In this document: positions 53,864 through 63,594 of the stretch, in pieces
How positions within the stretch are numbered: the stretch's first letter is position 1
How the letters are laid out: each line of letters begins with the position of its first letter
Origin: Planctomycetota bacterium
GTDB lineage: Bacteria; Planctomycetota; JAJSAM01; JAJVHW01
NCBI GenBank assembly: GCA_965248445.1
Contig: CBDFJG010000004.1
Coordinates: forward strand, 1,696,001 to 1,760,000
Length of the DNA stretch: 64,000 nucleotides
Direction of reading: 5' to 3'
The notes under the pieces: model-generated
Seen by the model: only the letters and a program-made list of their open reading frames with translations
What the model was told of the DNA's origin: nothing
The model's database searches: none
Made by a program: the position numbers and the translations under genes

Positions 53864-56833
53864 CTAGGTAGGACGGTCCTGTTCGGGGGCTGGTTCCGGC
53901 GCCGCATCGGCGCCGGCGCCGTCTGCCACGACTTCGGGGGCGGGCGGCGCAGCCGCCGCCGCGCTCGCAGCCTCGACCGGAAGCTCAGCGGGCGTCTCGG
54001 GCTTGGGCTTCGTAGGCTTGGGCTTCGCAGCCGTCTTGCTCGGCTTCGGCTTCGTCTCTGCCTTCGTCTCCGGCTTCGTCTCCGCCTTTAGCTTCGGCTT
54101 CCTGGGCTTCGCAGCCCTCGCCTTCTTCGCGGGCTTGGCGGGCTTCGCGGCTTTCGGCGGAGGCGGCGGCTCGAGTCCGAGTTTCTCGCGCAACGCAACC
54201 AACTGCTGGTGGAACGGGTCGTGTTCGCGGGGCACGCCGCGGATCGCCGGTGTGCGGACAGAGGGCCGTCCTCCGCCGGGTCTGCCGCGATCGCCCCGTC
54301 GGCCGCGGTCCCCGCGTCCACCGGACCGCTGCCCTCCCGGACTCCGACCTCCCGGCCGGCCGCCGCGCCGGGGCTCGCGACCCGGACCACCCGGACCGCC
54401 GGAACGACCCCGCTCGCCGCCTTCTTGCCGCGGCGGCGGTCGCTCTGACTCGGGTGGCGGCGGCAACAGCGCCTTCACGCTCAGGGAGAGACGCCGCTTC
54501 TCCGGCTCGACGCCGACGACGCGCACGCGAACCGGGTCCCCGACCGACACCACGGCCGCCGGATCCTCCACGTAGCCATGCGCCAGTTGCGAGACGTGGA
54601 CCAGACCCTGCTCGCGCAACCCGACGTCCACGAACGCTCCGAAGTTCGACAGACCGGCGACGACGCCGTCGAGTTCCATGCCCTCCTGGACGTCGTTGAA
54701 CCGCCGCACGCCGGGGTTGTGCACGGGCGGCTTGAACGCACCACGGGGATCGCGGCCGCCGCGGGCAAGCCCGCGCAGCACCTGACGGACGCTGTCCACG
54801 GAGTGAACCTCGCCGGCGATCTTTGCGACGTCCACCGCTGACTCGAAGTCCTTGCGGCCGATGAGTTCGCGGATCTCCACGCCCACCTTGGTTGCGACCG
54901 CGCGGGCGATGGGCAACGCGGTCGGGTGCACGCCGCTCGCGTCGAGCGCCTCGCTGCCACCGGCCACGCGCATGAAGCCCGCGGCGCGCTGCCAGGCGTC
55001 GTCCGACACGCCCTCGACCGCGCGCACGTCCGTGCGGCAGGCGAACGCTCCGTGCGTGTTGCGGTGCGTCTCGATGGCCTGGGCGGACGGGCCGTCCAGT
55101 CCGGGCAGGCGCGCGAGGATGCGGGCGGGCACGGCGTTGACGTCGACGCCCACGGCGGCGAGGCACTCCGTCGCCACCTCGTCGAGGGAACGCCGCAACT
55201 CGCCCCGGTCCACGTCCCGCTGATTGGGGCCGAGCGGGAGGTCCGTCATGTCGTAGCGCGCCAACTCGAGCAGCGGATCCTGCACGCGACGGGCCAGCGC
55301 CACAGCCACACGAGCCGTGACCGGGAGTTCGGGCGCGGCCGCTTTGCCCGCATCCGTGCCCGCGTACCGCTCCGCCGCGGCCTCGTGCACCGGTGCGAGC
55401 ACCGCGCCCAGCTCCCGGTTCGCCGCGAGCACGTCCCCCACCCACGACCGGAGCGCCGTCGCACGGCCGCTGCCGGCGACGGCCACGAGCTTGGCACCGC
55501 TCTCGGCGATCACGTCAGTCAGGAGCTTCGCGGCCTTCTCCCGAGCTTCGCCCTCCTGCGAAGGCTTCATGGTCTCGGTACGGCCGGCGCGGCCCTCCGC
55601 GTCCACGGCGAGCATGCGTGCGGTCCCGGCGGCTCCCGGGACCACCGCAACCACCGCGACGCCGCCCGCAGGGGGTGCCATCAACCGCGCGCGAAGGCCG
55701 TCGGCAAAGCGCGACACGAGACCGCGTTCGAGCGACCGCTTGCGTTCGTTGACGAGTTCGTTCGACGCCTCGCGCACCATGCGGTCGAGCGCGGCTTCGG
55801 TTGCCGTCTTCAGCAGGTCCGCGTAAGGGTGCGCGACATCGACGCCGAGCGGCCCCTCGAGGATGGCACTCTTCGTCTCGTCGGGCGGCACGATGCGTAC
55901 GTCGAGCGCACCGCTCTTCTTGCCGCGCCGCACAAGCATCAGCCGGCGCGCGTCGACCTGGCCGAGCGGGATGCTGAGTGCCGCAACGGGTTGCAGATGC
56001 GGTTTCAATTCGCGCCCCGCACTCGCGGACGTCGTCAGCACGCCGCGCTTGCGCAACGCACGGCGAAGCTGCTGACGCGCGAGCGCGTTGTCCGCGATGG
56101 TCTGCGCGACGAGACCGGTCAGGCGCGTGTGCTGATCCGCCGCGGTCGGTGGCGCGCCGTCCGTGCCGCAGAACGGTGCAAGCAGGTCCTCGACGGTCGG
56201 AGTCTCGGCTCCGGGTGTCTCGGCTCCGGGTGTCTCGGCACCGGGTGTCTCGGCACCGGGTGTCTCGGTCGCCGGTGTCTCGGTCGCCGGTGTCTCGGTC
56301 GCGGGTGTCTCGGTCGCGGGTACCTCGGTCGCGGGTGTCTCGGTCGCGGGTACCTCGGTCGCGGGCACCTCGGTCGCGGGCGTCGCGGTCGCCGGTGTCG
56401 CGGCGACGATCTGTGCCGCGACCGCCGACATGGGGTCCTCCGCCGCCGCGCGGCCGCGGCGGGCGTCTCTGATCGGCCGCAGCAGATCTTCGAGCAGCGA
56501 GAGATCGCGCGTCTCGCGAACCTGCTTCGCCAGTGCGTCAGTCATCAGGCTCTCGGACTCGAGAGCGCGACGCGTGGTGCCGCGGCGGCGCGCAAGTTCG
56601 CGCTCTTCGCGCCAGGCGTGCCGCAGCTTGCGGAACGCGACTGCGTCCAAGTCGCCGAGCAGATCGCGGCGGAAGTGCCACAGGAAGGCCGGCTCCTCGC
56701 CCGCCTCGAGGGCAGCGAGCAGTGGTTCCATGCGATCAGCCACCGCCGTGAAGCGGCGTCTCATCACACCAAGGAGTTCGTCGTCTTCGTCCGCCAAGAG
56801 GGCCTCGTCGTCGGGGAGGGGGAGTCGGCGCAT
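53864..56833 (-). CDS. tex: Tex/YhgF-family transcription accessory protein with S1 domain (divergent)
   Basis: ARRVQDPLLEL, VGVDVN, LDASGVHP, RDPR, S1 domain NFGAFVDVG..GLVHVSQL; low-complexity tail. Confidence 0.88.
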   Translation of the reverse strand: MRRLPLPDDEALLADEDDELLGVMRRRFTAVADRMEPLLAALEAGEEPAFLWHFRRDLLGDLDAVAFRKLRHAWREERELARRRGTTRRALESESLMTDALAKQVRETRDLSLLEDLLRPIRDARRGRAAAEDPMSAVAAQIVAATPATATPATEVPATEVPATETPATEVPATETPATETPATETPATETPGAETPGAETPGAETPGAETPTVEDLLAPFCGTDGAPPTAADQHTRLTGLVAQTIADNALARQQLRRALRKRGVLTTSASAGRELKPHLQPVAALSIPLGQVDARRLMLVRRGKKSGALDVRIVPPDETKSAILEGPLGVDVAHPYADLLKTATEAALDRMVREASNELVNERKRSLERGLVSRFADGLRARLMAPPAGGVAVVAVVPGAAGTARMLAVDAEGRAGRTETMKPSQEGEAREKAAKLLTDVIAESGAKLVAVAGSGRATALRSWVGDVLAANRELGAVLAPVHEAAAERYAGTDAGKAAAPELPVTARVAVALARRVQDPLLELARYDMTDLPLGPNQRDVDRGELRRSLDEVATECLAAVGVDVNAVPARILARLPGLDGPSAQAIETHRNTHGAFACRTDVRAVEGVSDDAWQRAAGFMRVAGGSEALDASGVHPTALPIARAVATKVGVEIRELIGRKDFESAVDVAKIAGEVHSVDSVRQVLRGLARGGRDPRGAFKPPVHNPGVRRFNDVQEGMELDGVVAGLSNFGAFVDVGLREQGLVHVSQLAHGYVEDPAAVVSVGDPVRVRVVGVEPEKRRLSLSVKALLPPPPESERPPPRQEGGERGRSGGPGGPGREPRRGGRPGGRSPGGQRSGGRGDRGRRGDRGRPGGGRPSVRTPAIRGVPREHDPFHQQLVALREKLGLEPPPPPKAAKPAKPAKKARAAKPRKPKLKAETKPETKAETKPKPSKTAAKPKPTKPKPETPAELPVEAASAAAAAPPAPEVVADGAGADAAPEPAPEQDRPT
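56200..56403 (-). repeat. In-frame 15-bp VNTR in tex (PATE(T/V)/PGAET, about 13-14 units)
   Basis: Repeats of GGTGTCTCGG(T/C)nnn on the + strand. Confidence 0.95.
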
Positions 56834-56933
56834 CGTACGAGAAGCTGCCTGGGGGCGAAACGAAGCCGCCCCTGATTGCGCGCCGGCGGATACAAGGGAA
56901 CACCGCGATGTCGCACGACGTGGAGGTGGAACG

Positions 56934-59027
56934 GTGAGGCTTCGGCCGCGGGGGACCGGCGAGCAACTCGTCGGCTTCCTGAGGGCCGCCGTGATCGGTC
57001 TCTGCGGGGGGCTTGCGTCGCTGGGGTTCCGCAGCGCCACCGACTGGGTCCAAAAGCTGATCGGCCTGGGCGGGGAGGTGCTCGAGGGCGCGCGCGTGAA
57101 CATCCTCGCGGGGGCGCGCCACGTCGGCTCCGAGACGCCGTGGCTGATGGTGCTCATCCCGGCTGCCGGCGGCCTGGCCGCGGCGCTCGTCCACCGGTTC
57201 TGCGTCAGGGGGGAATCGGGGACGGGCCTCTCCGACGTGATGGAAGCCGTCTCGTTGCGCAGCGGCCCGATCCGCCTGCGGACCGCGCTCATGCGAGCGG
57301 CGTCGTCTCTCGGGATCATCGCAACCGGCGGCTCCGTCGGACGCGAGGGTCCGATCATCACGATCTCCGCCGCGGCATCTTCGACGCTGACGCGGCTCCT
57401 GCGTGCGCCGGCACGGGACCGTGGCCTCCTCCTCGGGTGTGGTGTCGCTGCCGGGTTCGCGGCGGCGTACGGCGCCCCCATCGCCGGCGCGCTGTTCGCC
57501 ATGGAGGTCGTTCTCGGGAACTTCGCGGTCGAGCTGTTCGCGCCCGTCGTCATCGCGTCGGTCACGAGCACGCTGTTCACGTGGCACCTGCGCGGCAACG
57601 AGCCGCTCTATCAGATGCCTCACTATCAGTTGGAGACGCTGGCGGAGCTCGTCCCGTACCTCTTCCTCGGTGTCGTTGCGGGGTTCGTGGCTGTCGGCCT
57701 GCAGCGCCTGCTCTCGCTCTCGGAGCGCTTCTTCCAGTCGTTACCGGGCGACCGCATCTGGAAGACGGTTGTGGGCGGCGCGCTCATCGGGGGAATCGCG
57801 CTCGCGTTTCCAGAGGTGTGCGGCAACGGCTACGAGGCCCTCAGCGAGTTGCTGAACGGTCGCGGCCCGCGATTCGAGGAGGCCGAGTGGGGACACCTTG
57901 TGCTCATCCTCGTCGCGCTGGCGCTCGTCAAGGCGTTCGGCACGGCGATCACCGTCGGATCCGGCGGTGCGGGCGGCGTGTTCACGCCGAGCCTGTTCAT
58001 CGGCGCCGGACTGGGCGGCGCGGTCGGCGTGCTGGTGAACCACGTCGCTCCGGATATTTCGGGCGACTACGGCGGGTATGCGCTCGTCGGCATGGGCTGT
58101 GTCGTCGCCGGCACCACGCGCGCACCGATCATGGCGATCGTGGTGATGTACGAACTGACCGGTGACTACGGCATCGTGGCGCCGCTGATGCTCGGGTGCG
58201 TCGCGTCGTCGGTCGTGGCCCGTGCGATCTACGAGCCCAGCATCTACACGGAAGAGCTGCGCGCGCGCGGGGTCACGCAGCCGGTCGGACTCGAGGAGAC
58301 CGTCCTCGTGACCACGCGTGTCGGCGACGTGATGCGCGAGGACCCCATGGTCTGGGTCGGCCGTTCCATGACGTACGCCGAGATCGTCCCGCTCGCAAGC
58401 GCCGCACGCGTCTCGGTCGTCTACGTGTGCGACGACCTGCGCAGACTGCGGGGGGCAATCCGCGTGCAGAGTCTGATCGACCTCGCTTCCTTCGGCGATC
58501 TCGGGCCCGGAATCGTGGCGGAGGACCTCGCAGCCCCGGTCGAGGCGGTGCTTCGTGGCGACCGGCTCTCCGACGTCTTCGACCAGTTCGGCCGCTCCGA
58601 CATCGACGAACGGCCAGTCGTGGATGACGAGCAGAGCCTCCACCTGAGGGGTGTCGTGACACGGCGGGACGTCATGGCAGCACTCCACCTGGAAGTGCTG
58701 AAGACGCAGAACCTGCGTGCCAAGTTTGTGCACCGGGACGACCCCGACGGCGGCGCGGACTACATCGAGCTGCCCGAGGGAGCCGAAGTGGCGCGCGTCC
58801 GGGTGCACCCGGATCACGTCGGGCGAACGCTGTTCGAGTGCCAGATCCGCACGAACCACCGCGTGACGGTGCTGAACGTACTGCGCAAGGACGTGGACGA
58901 CCACGAGATGCGAGTCGTGCCGGACAGTGAGTTCGCGCTCCGTGCGGGCGACTCACTCATCGTGATCGGCGACCTGGAGGCACTGGCGAAATGGCGGCGG
59001 GAGACGGAGGGCGGAGGCAACACGTGA
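56934..59027 (+). CDS. ClC chloride channel/antiporter with CBS pair and TrkA-C domain
   Basis: SD GGAGG before GTG; GREGP, LFAMEVV, GGVFTPSLFIG, SIYT; CBS domains; C-terminal RCK-C (VGRTL...LRAGDSLIVIG). Confidence 0.93.
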   Translation: MRLRPRGTGEQLVGFLRAAVIGLCGGLASLGFRSATDWVQKLIGLGGEVLEGARVNILAGARHVGSETPWLMVLIPAAGGLAAALVHRFCVRGESGTGLSDVMEAVSLRSGPIRLRTALMRAASSLGIIATGGSVGREGPIITISAAASSTLTRLLRAPARDRGLLLGCGVAAGFAAAYGAPIAGALFAMEVVLGNFAVELFAPVVIASVTSTLFTWHLRGNEPLYQMPHYQLETLAELVPYLFLGVVAGFVAVGLQRLLSLSERFFQSLPGDRIWKTVVGGALIGGIALAFPEVCGNGYEALSELLNGRGPRFEEAEWGHLVLILVALALVKAFGTAITVGSGGAGGVFTPSLFIGAGLGGAVGVLVNHVAPDISGDYGGYALVGMGCVVAGTTRAPIMAIVVMYELTGDYGIVAPLMLGCVASSVVARAIYEPSIYTEELRARGVTQPVGLEETVLVTTRVGDVMREDPMVWVGRSMTYAEIVPLASAARVSVVYVCDDLRRLRGAIRVQSLIDLASFGDLGPGIVAEDLAAPVEAVLRGDRLSDVFDQFGRSDIDERPVVDDEQSLHLRGVVTRRDVMAALHLEVLKTQNLRAKFVHRDDPDGGADYIELPEGAEVARVRVHPDHVGRTLFECQIRTNHRVTVLNVLRKDVDDHEMRVVPDSEFALRAGDSLIVIGDLEALAKWRRETEGGGNT

Positions 59028-59518
59028 GTGTCCCCGTGGTCCTGATCACCGCCGCGCACTCGAACGCGGGCAAGACCACCGTCGCCGTCGCGCTCATCGA
59101 GGCACTCACAGCCCGCGGTACGCGCGTGGCCTACGTGAAGCGCGCGCACCACGCGGTGGACGCCGACACGGCCGGCAAGGACACGCACCGCGCCCGGACG
59201 GCGGGCGCCGTAGCGACGGTCCTCGGTTCCACCGAGGTCGCGGCCGTGTTCGTTCCACAGCCGTCGCGCGATCCGGGCGACCTCGCGGCGCTCGCCTGTG
59301 CGACCGCAGACGCAGACGTCGTGCTCGTCGAGGGCGGCAAGGAGTACACGGAGCACCCGCGCATCGTGGTCGTGCCGGACGGCGAGGCGTTCGAGACGCT
59401 TCCCGATGCCGTGGTCCTGGCCGTGGTCGGCCGCGGCGTCAGCGCCCCGGACGGAGTGCCCGTGATCGCGCCCGACGAGATCGGCCGGCTGGCCGATCTG
59501 TTTGTTCACATCAAGTAG
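59024..59518 (+). CDS. mobB: Molybdopterin-guanine dinucleotide biosynthesis protein B
   Basis: SNAGKTT, VAYVKRAHH, DTAGKDT, DVVLVEGGK; GTGA overlap with ClC gene. Confidence 0.85.
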   Translation: MSVPVVLITAAHSNAGKTTVAVALIEALTARGTRVAYVKRAHHAVDADTAGKDTHRARTAGAVATVLGSTEVAAVFVPQPSRDPGDLAALACATADADVVLVEGGKEYTEHPRIVVVPDGEAFETLPDAVVLAVVGRGVSAPDGVPVIAPDEIGRLADLFVHIK

Positions 59519-59570
59519 AGGCGAGCTTCTCACTCCGCGCGCGCAACGGAGTCGCTCTCCAGATGCAGCG

Positions 59571-59710
59571 AGTAGCGAGGGCGCGCGGATTGCGGAGCAA
59601 GGCGCGTGACCGCAGCCCTCCGTAGCGGTCGGAGACCGCGTAGGAGGGAGACATGCGCCCGAAGCGTGGCCGAGGATCGCCGCGCGATCCGCAGGCGACG
59701 CGCGCGAGTG
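59571..59710 (-). repeat. Dispersed ~140-bp structured repeat, copy B
   Basis: Reverse complement aligns with 16245-16383 (shared TGTCTCCCTCCTACGCGG, GGAGGGCTGCG, GCGCCCTCGC). Confidence 0.85.
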
Positions 59711-59719
59711 CCCCCGCCC

Positions 59720-60640
59720 CTACTCGTCGTCGCTAGCCGGCTTCAGCTTCTTCAGCTGGTGCGCGAGCGCGTTGCCCGTGATCTTCCCGCCCAGGTCGCG
59801 CGGCTTCTCCTCACCGGGCAGGAGGACGAGCAGAGTCGGCACCCTCTCCACTCCCAGGTCCCGGGCGAGAAGTGCGTGATCCGCGTTCTGCAGGTCCAAA
59901 CGCAAGAGCGCCCATCCCTCGGCGGCCGTCGCCGCGCCCTTGGACCCGAGTGTCCCCTTCTCGAACTTACGCGACGCCTTGACCTCGAGCCGCGCCTTCT
60001 TGTTGTCGTCAGCGCCTTCGCTGCGCCCGACGTACACGAGGACCGGCTTGTCGTCTTCGCGCGCCGCGTCCAGTTGCTCGCACGAAACCGTCCGCTCTTC
60101 GCCCTCGCCCTCACCGACGACCGTCGCGCGTGCGAGCGGGACGCGCGTCTTCGGGTGATCGCGCTCGTACTTGTCCGCGGCGTCGTCGAGCCACTTCGAC
60201 AGCGGCGATGCCGCATACGCGTTCGGCGCGCGATCGATGACGGTTCCGTCCGGCTTCGCGACGAACACGAGGATCGACGGATCCTCGTTCTCGTTCCCCT
60301 GATCGTGGGTCCAGGGGATGATCTTCCCGTTCAGCCCGTCGTACAGCCACTCGACGGCCTCGAAGCGCGCGACGACCTTCTGGAAGTCCTCGTCCTTCTG
60401 CACCCGGTCACGCCAGGTGTCGCACGGTACTCATATCCTGGACTTCCACGCCGTCACGATGAGCAGCGGCTTGCCGCTCTTCTTCGCACTCTCCACGCCC
60501 TTGTCGAGGGTCGTGTGCCAGACCTTGTCGCCCGCGAAGACGTCCCCGGGCACGAACGCAGTGGCGGCAAGGAGCGCCAGGCCGCCCGCAGCAATGCGGA
60601 CCGCGGCGCTCAGGGTCGGGGCTCTCGCTCGCATGGCCAT
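59720..60640 (-). CDS. Exported two-domain thioredoxin-fold protein with in-frame UGA (putative selenocysteine, UxxC)
   Basis: ORF-track 60431..60670 and 59720..60403 share one frame; reading through TGA at 60431-60433 gives KPLLIVTAWKSRI-U-VP-C-DTW at the Trx active-site position. Start 60640 or 60634. Confidence 0.8.
60401..60419 (-). promoter_or_regulatory. Candidate bacterial SECIS hairpin
   Basis: mRNA CACCUGG-CGUGA-CCGGGUG begins 11 nt after the UGA; the apical loop has G at position 2 followed by U. Confidence 0.6.
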
Positions 60641-60779
60641 TCTCGGTCTCACAACATCTCTCCGTCTCACAGCGTCTCATTCCTGTCCGTGGGACACCGC
60701 ACGCCCCACAATTCGCTGGTCGCCGGGGGTACGACGCCCGCTCCATCGCGGGGGTTCCGCCCGCCGACGGCCCACGGCC

Positions 60780-61304
60780 ATGGTATCGACCCAGCGACTG
60801 TCCCTCCTGATCTCGCTGGTCGCGGCGTGCCTGACCGCAGCCTGTCAGACGCCGCGTCGCGTCTGCGGCACCGCGCCGGAGGGCGGGGGCCCGCCGGTCC
60901 TCACGACGCGCGAGGACGAGATCTGCGAGAGCGTGCGCTGGCGGGTGCTCGAACAGATGCGCGTCCGCGAGGAGTTCTCGTACGCCCACGCCGAGCGGTT
61001 GTTCACCGCGGCGGAGACGTGGAGCACCTCGACCACGCTCGAGGACCTGCGCCGGCGCGTCGCCGCCGTCGACGACGAGCAGGCTATGGCCACCACGATC
61101 GTGGACGCGGCCCGCCACGCGTGGGAGACGTCCAAGGCTCCGGTCAGCACCGGGTGCGAGACGGACGAAGCGTGCGTGGCGGAGGCGGCCGCGCACGGTG
61201 CGCGGGTCGCGCTACGACGCCGCTCGGCCTACCTCAAGATCACACCGGAGATGATCGAACAGGACCGCGACCTCGACCGCGACTGGGACTACCTGTTGCG
61301 CTGA
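60780..61304 (+). CDS. Predicted lipoprotein, unknown function
   Basis: Signal with lipobox LTAAC; four further Cys residues; divergent from the Trx-fold gene. Confidence 0.6.
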   Translation: MVSTQRLSLLISLVAACLTAACQTPRRVCGTAPEGGGPPVLTTREDEICESVRWRVLEQMRVREEFSYAHAERLFTAAETWSTSTTLEDLRRRVAAVDDEQAMATTIVDAARHAWETSKAPVSTGCETDEACVAEAAAHGARVALRRRSAYLKITPEMIEQDRDLDRDWDYLLR

Positions 61305-61313
61305 CCTCTGGTC

Positions 61314-61727
61314 CTATCTCGTCCTGATCGACTCCACGTAGGCCGCGATGGCGGCGAGGTCGGTGGAGTCGCCTTCGAGTTCCTTGCCGCGGGCCTTGTA
61401 CTTGATCATCTCGTTGATCTTCTGCTGCAGCGTGACCACCGCCTTCTTGCGGCGGCTGTACTTCGGGTAGGCGAACTTCGCGGTGCGCAGATCGTCCTGC
61501 GGCTTGTCCGGGTCCTCGTGGCAGGTCGCGCAGCTCTTGCGCCCCAGCTCCTTCGAATGGAAGAGCTCCTTGCCCCGCTCGACCGCCTTCGTCAGCGCCT
61601 CGGCCTCCGCCTTCGCGCGGGCCGCCTCGTCGTCCTGGGCGTTGGCCGGCGGGCGCACGGCAAAGGCGGCCAGACCAGCCAGTCCGGCGATGAGGACGGC
61701 CGCGAGGGTGAAGCGGGATGGGCGCAT
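61314..61727 (-). CDS. Exported monoheme cytochrome c, SoxA/TsdA-like fold
   Basis: SD AGGAG; signal peptide; ERGKELF...SCATCH...YPKY...TLQQKINEM...LAAIAAYV. Confidence 0.85.
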   Translation of the reverse strand: MRPSRFTLAAVLIAGLAGLAAFAVRPPANAQDDEAARAKAEAEALTKAVERGKELFHSKELGRKSCATCHEDPDKPQDDLRTAKFAYPKYSRRKKAVVTLQQKINEMIKYKARGKELEGDSTDLAAIAAYVESIRTR

Positions 61728-61833
61728 GGGTGTCTCCTGGAGGGGGCGCGCAGTCTCGGCGCACCCGTTCTCTGAGGATATCGACGCAATCCCGATGCCG
61801 CTTGGTTCCCCGGGAGCGTCGCTTCTCGCGCCG

Positions 61834-63594
61834 CTACTCGCGGGCCGCCCGGAGCAGACCCGCGGGAACACCCTCGAAGACCCTCTCGTGGCCGTCCGGC
61901 CAGCGCACGAGGACCCGGTCGACAGGCCCGTGGTTTCCCAGCCCGAACGTCAGGACGCGCTCGCTCTCGGAGAGGTATCCGGCCCCGCTGCGGACGTCGC
62001 GGATCTGCGTACGCTCGCCGGTCGTGACGGTTACGCGCGCCCCCAGCGCGTCCGTCGCGGGCGGCGCACCGATCACGTGCACGCGCAGCGACCGCTCCGC
62101 CGCGCCGTCCAGGTCGCAGCGCAGAAGTCGGGCGGGGCCGCCGTTCACCGTGACGCAGAGATCGAGGTCGCCGTCTCCGTCCACGTCGGCCGTTGCCAGC
62201 CCGCGGTGCACGCGCGGCACGGCGAAGTCCGGTCCCAGGCCCGCCGACACATCCACGAATCGCGGGTACCGCTTGCCCGGAACGTTGCGCAGCAACTGCA
62301 TCGGTTCTTCGTACGCGATCTCGGCGTGCACCGTCTGGATGGTCGGCTCGATGTGCCCGTTCGCCAGCAGCAGGTCGGGGCGGCCGTCGAGATCGGCGTC
62401 CACGAAGCGGAGTCCGAACGTCAGCGGATGGTGCGTCGCGAGGGAGACTCCCGAGATGTCCGACTTGTTGACGAACAGCTCGTCCTTCAACAGTTCGAAG
62501 AACGAGACCGGTTCGCCGCTGAAGTTGCCGACGGCCAGCACCGGCTTTCCCGTGTCCGGCAGCACGATCGAGTCGACGCCCATTCCAGCGCGTGCACGGG
62601 CCGTGACGGGGTCCACTGCGACTCCGGCGGCGTATCCGATCTCGGTGAACGTCCCGTCACCGTTGTTCCGGTACAGATAGTCGGGCTGTGTGTCGTTCGC
62701 GACGGCAATGTCCGGGCGCCCGTCGTCGTTGAAGTCGAGGATGCAGACGCCGAGGCTCTTGCCGTCGTCGTTGCGGACGCCTGCCGCGTCCGTGACGTCC
62801 TCGAACTTGTTGCCGCCTAGATTCCGGAACAGGCGGCAGCTCTCGCCGTCGTACTGCTTCGGGATGGCGTACGACTTGGTCGTGCCGTCCATCGTCGAGA
62901 AGACGTCGGTCTCCTTCGACCAGTGGACGTAGTGCGCCACGAACAAGTCGACCAGGCCGTCGCCGTCGTAGTCCGTGAACGCGGCGCCCGTCGCGAACGG
63001 CCCATGTTCGTTGCCCTCGGCATCCGTCCACGTCGCCGGCGCGAGGCCGGCGATCTCCGTGATCAGCGTGAACTTGTCGCCGAGGTTCTCGAAGAACTGG
63101 TAGCCGCCCACGCCCGCGATGAACAGGTCCTGGTCTCCGTCGCCGTCGGTGTCCGCGACGGCGCAGCCCATCGCTTGCATCCGGTCACCGATCCGCACCG
63201 CTCCCGTCACATCGACGAACTTCCAGTCCCCCTCGTTGCTGAACAGGCGCGTGCCATACGTCGGCCCCTCCTTGTCGTGACCCGGCCACGTGTCGCCGTC
63301 CAGCAGGAGCAGGTCAGGGTCGCCGTCCTGGTCGTAGTCGAAGAACGCGCAGCCCGCGCCCATCGTCTCGGGAAGCAGCTTGTCGCCGTACGCCCCGTTG
63401 GTGTGACTCCACCGAATCCCGGCGGCCTCGGTGACGTCTACGTACGACAGCGCGTTCATCGGGTGCTCGGAGTCGGTGGGCGCGGCCTCCGGATAGGACC
63501 TCGTGTAGGTCGGCGGAGTGACCGGCTCGGTCGCGTCCGGGTTGCCGCAGGTCGGGACGACCAGCAGCACGCAGAGCAACCCCCAGCGCCTCAT
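61834..63594 (-). CDS. CRTAC1-family protein (FG-GAP/VCBS repeats plus ASPIC/UnbV domain), probable lipoprotein
   Basis: DYDQDGDPDL, DFNDDGRPDI, ADVDGDGDLD repeats; ALGARV...GYLSES..LTFGLG...VRWPDG. Confidence 0.92.
   Translation of the reverse strand: MRRWGLLCVLLVVPTCGNPDATEPVTPPTYTRSYPEAAPTDSEHPMNALSYVDVTEAAGIRWSHTNGAYGDKLLPETMGAGCAFFDYDQDGDPDLLLLDGDTWPGHDKEGPTYGTRLFSNEGDWKFVDVTGAVRIGDRMQAMGCAVADTDGDGDQDLFIAGVGGYQFFENLGDKFTLITEIAGLAPATWTDAEGNEHGPFATGAAFTDYDGDGLVDLFVAHYVHWSKETDVFSTMDGTTKSYAIPKQYDGESCRLFRNLGGNKFEDVTDAAGVRNDDGKSLGVCILDFNDDGRPDIAVANDTQPDYLYRNNGDGTFTEIGYAAGVAVDPVTARARAGMGVDSIVLPDTGKPVLAVGNFSGEPVSFFELLKDELFVNKSDISGVSLATHHPLTFGLRFVDADLDGRPDLLLANGHIEPTIQTVHAEIAYEEPMQLLRNVPGKRYPRFVDVSAGLGPDFAVPRVHRGLATADVDGDGDLDLCVTVNGGPARLLRCDLDGAAERSLRVHVIGAPPATDALGARVTVTTGERTQIRDVRSGAGYLSESERVLTFGLGNHGPVDRVLVRWPDGHERVFEGVPAGLLRAARE

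Noticed and set aside
56163..56933. N-terminal extension of the ClC ORF with SAPGV/SVAGV repeats
   Set aside because: It is the antisense reading of the tex VNTR; ClC has an SD-backed GTG at 56934.
59720..60670. Pseudogene or two separate small genes
   Set aside because: The single stop is TGA exactly at the redox Cys position, followed by a SECIS-like hairpin, with no other lesions; recoding is more parsimonious, though unproven.
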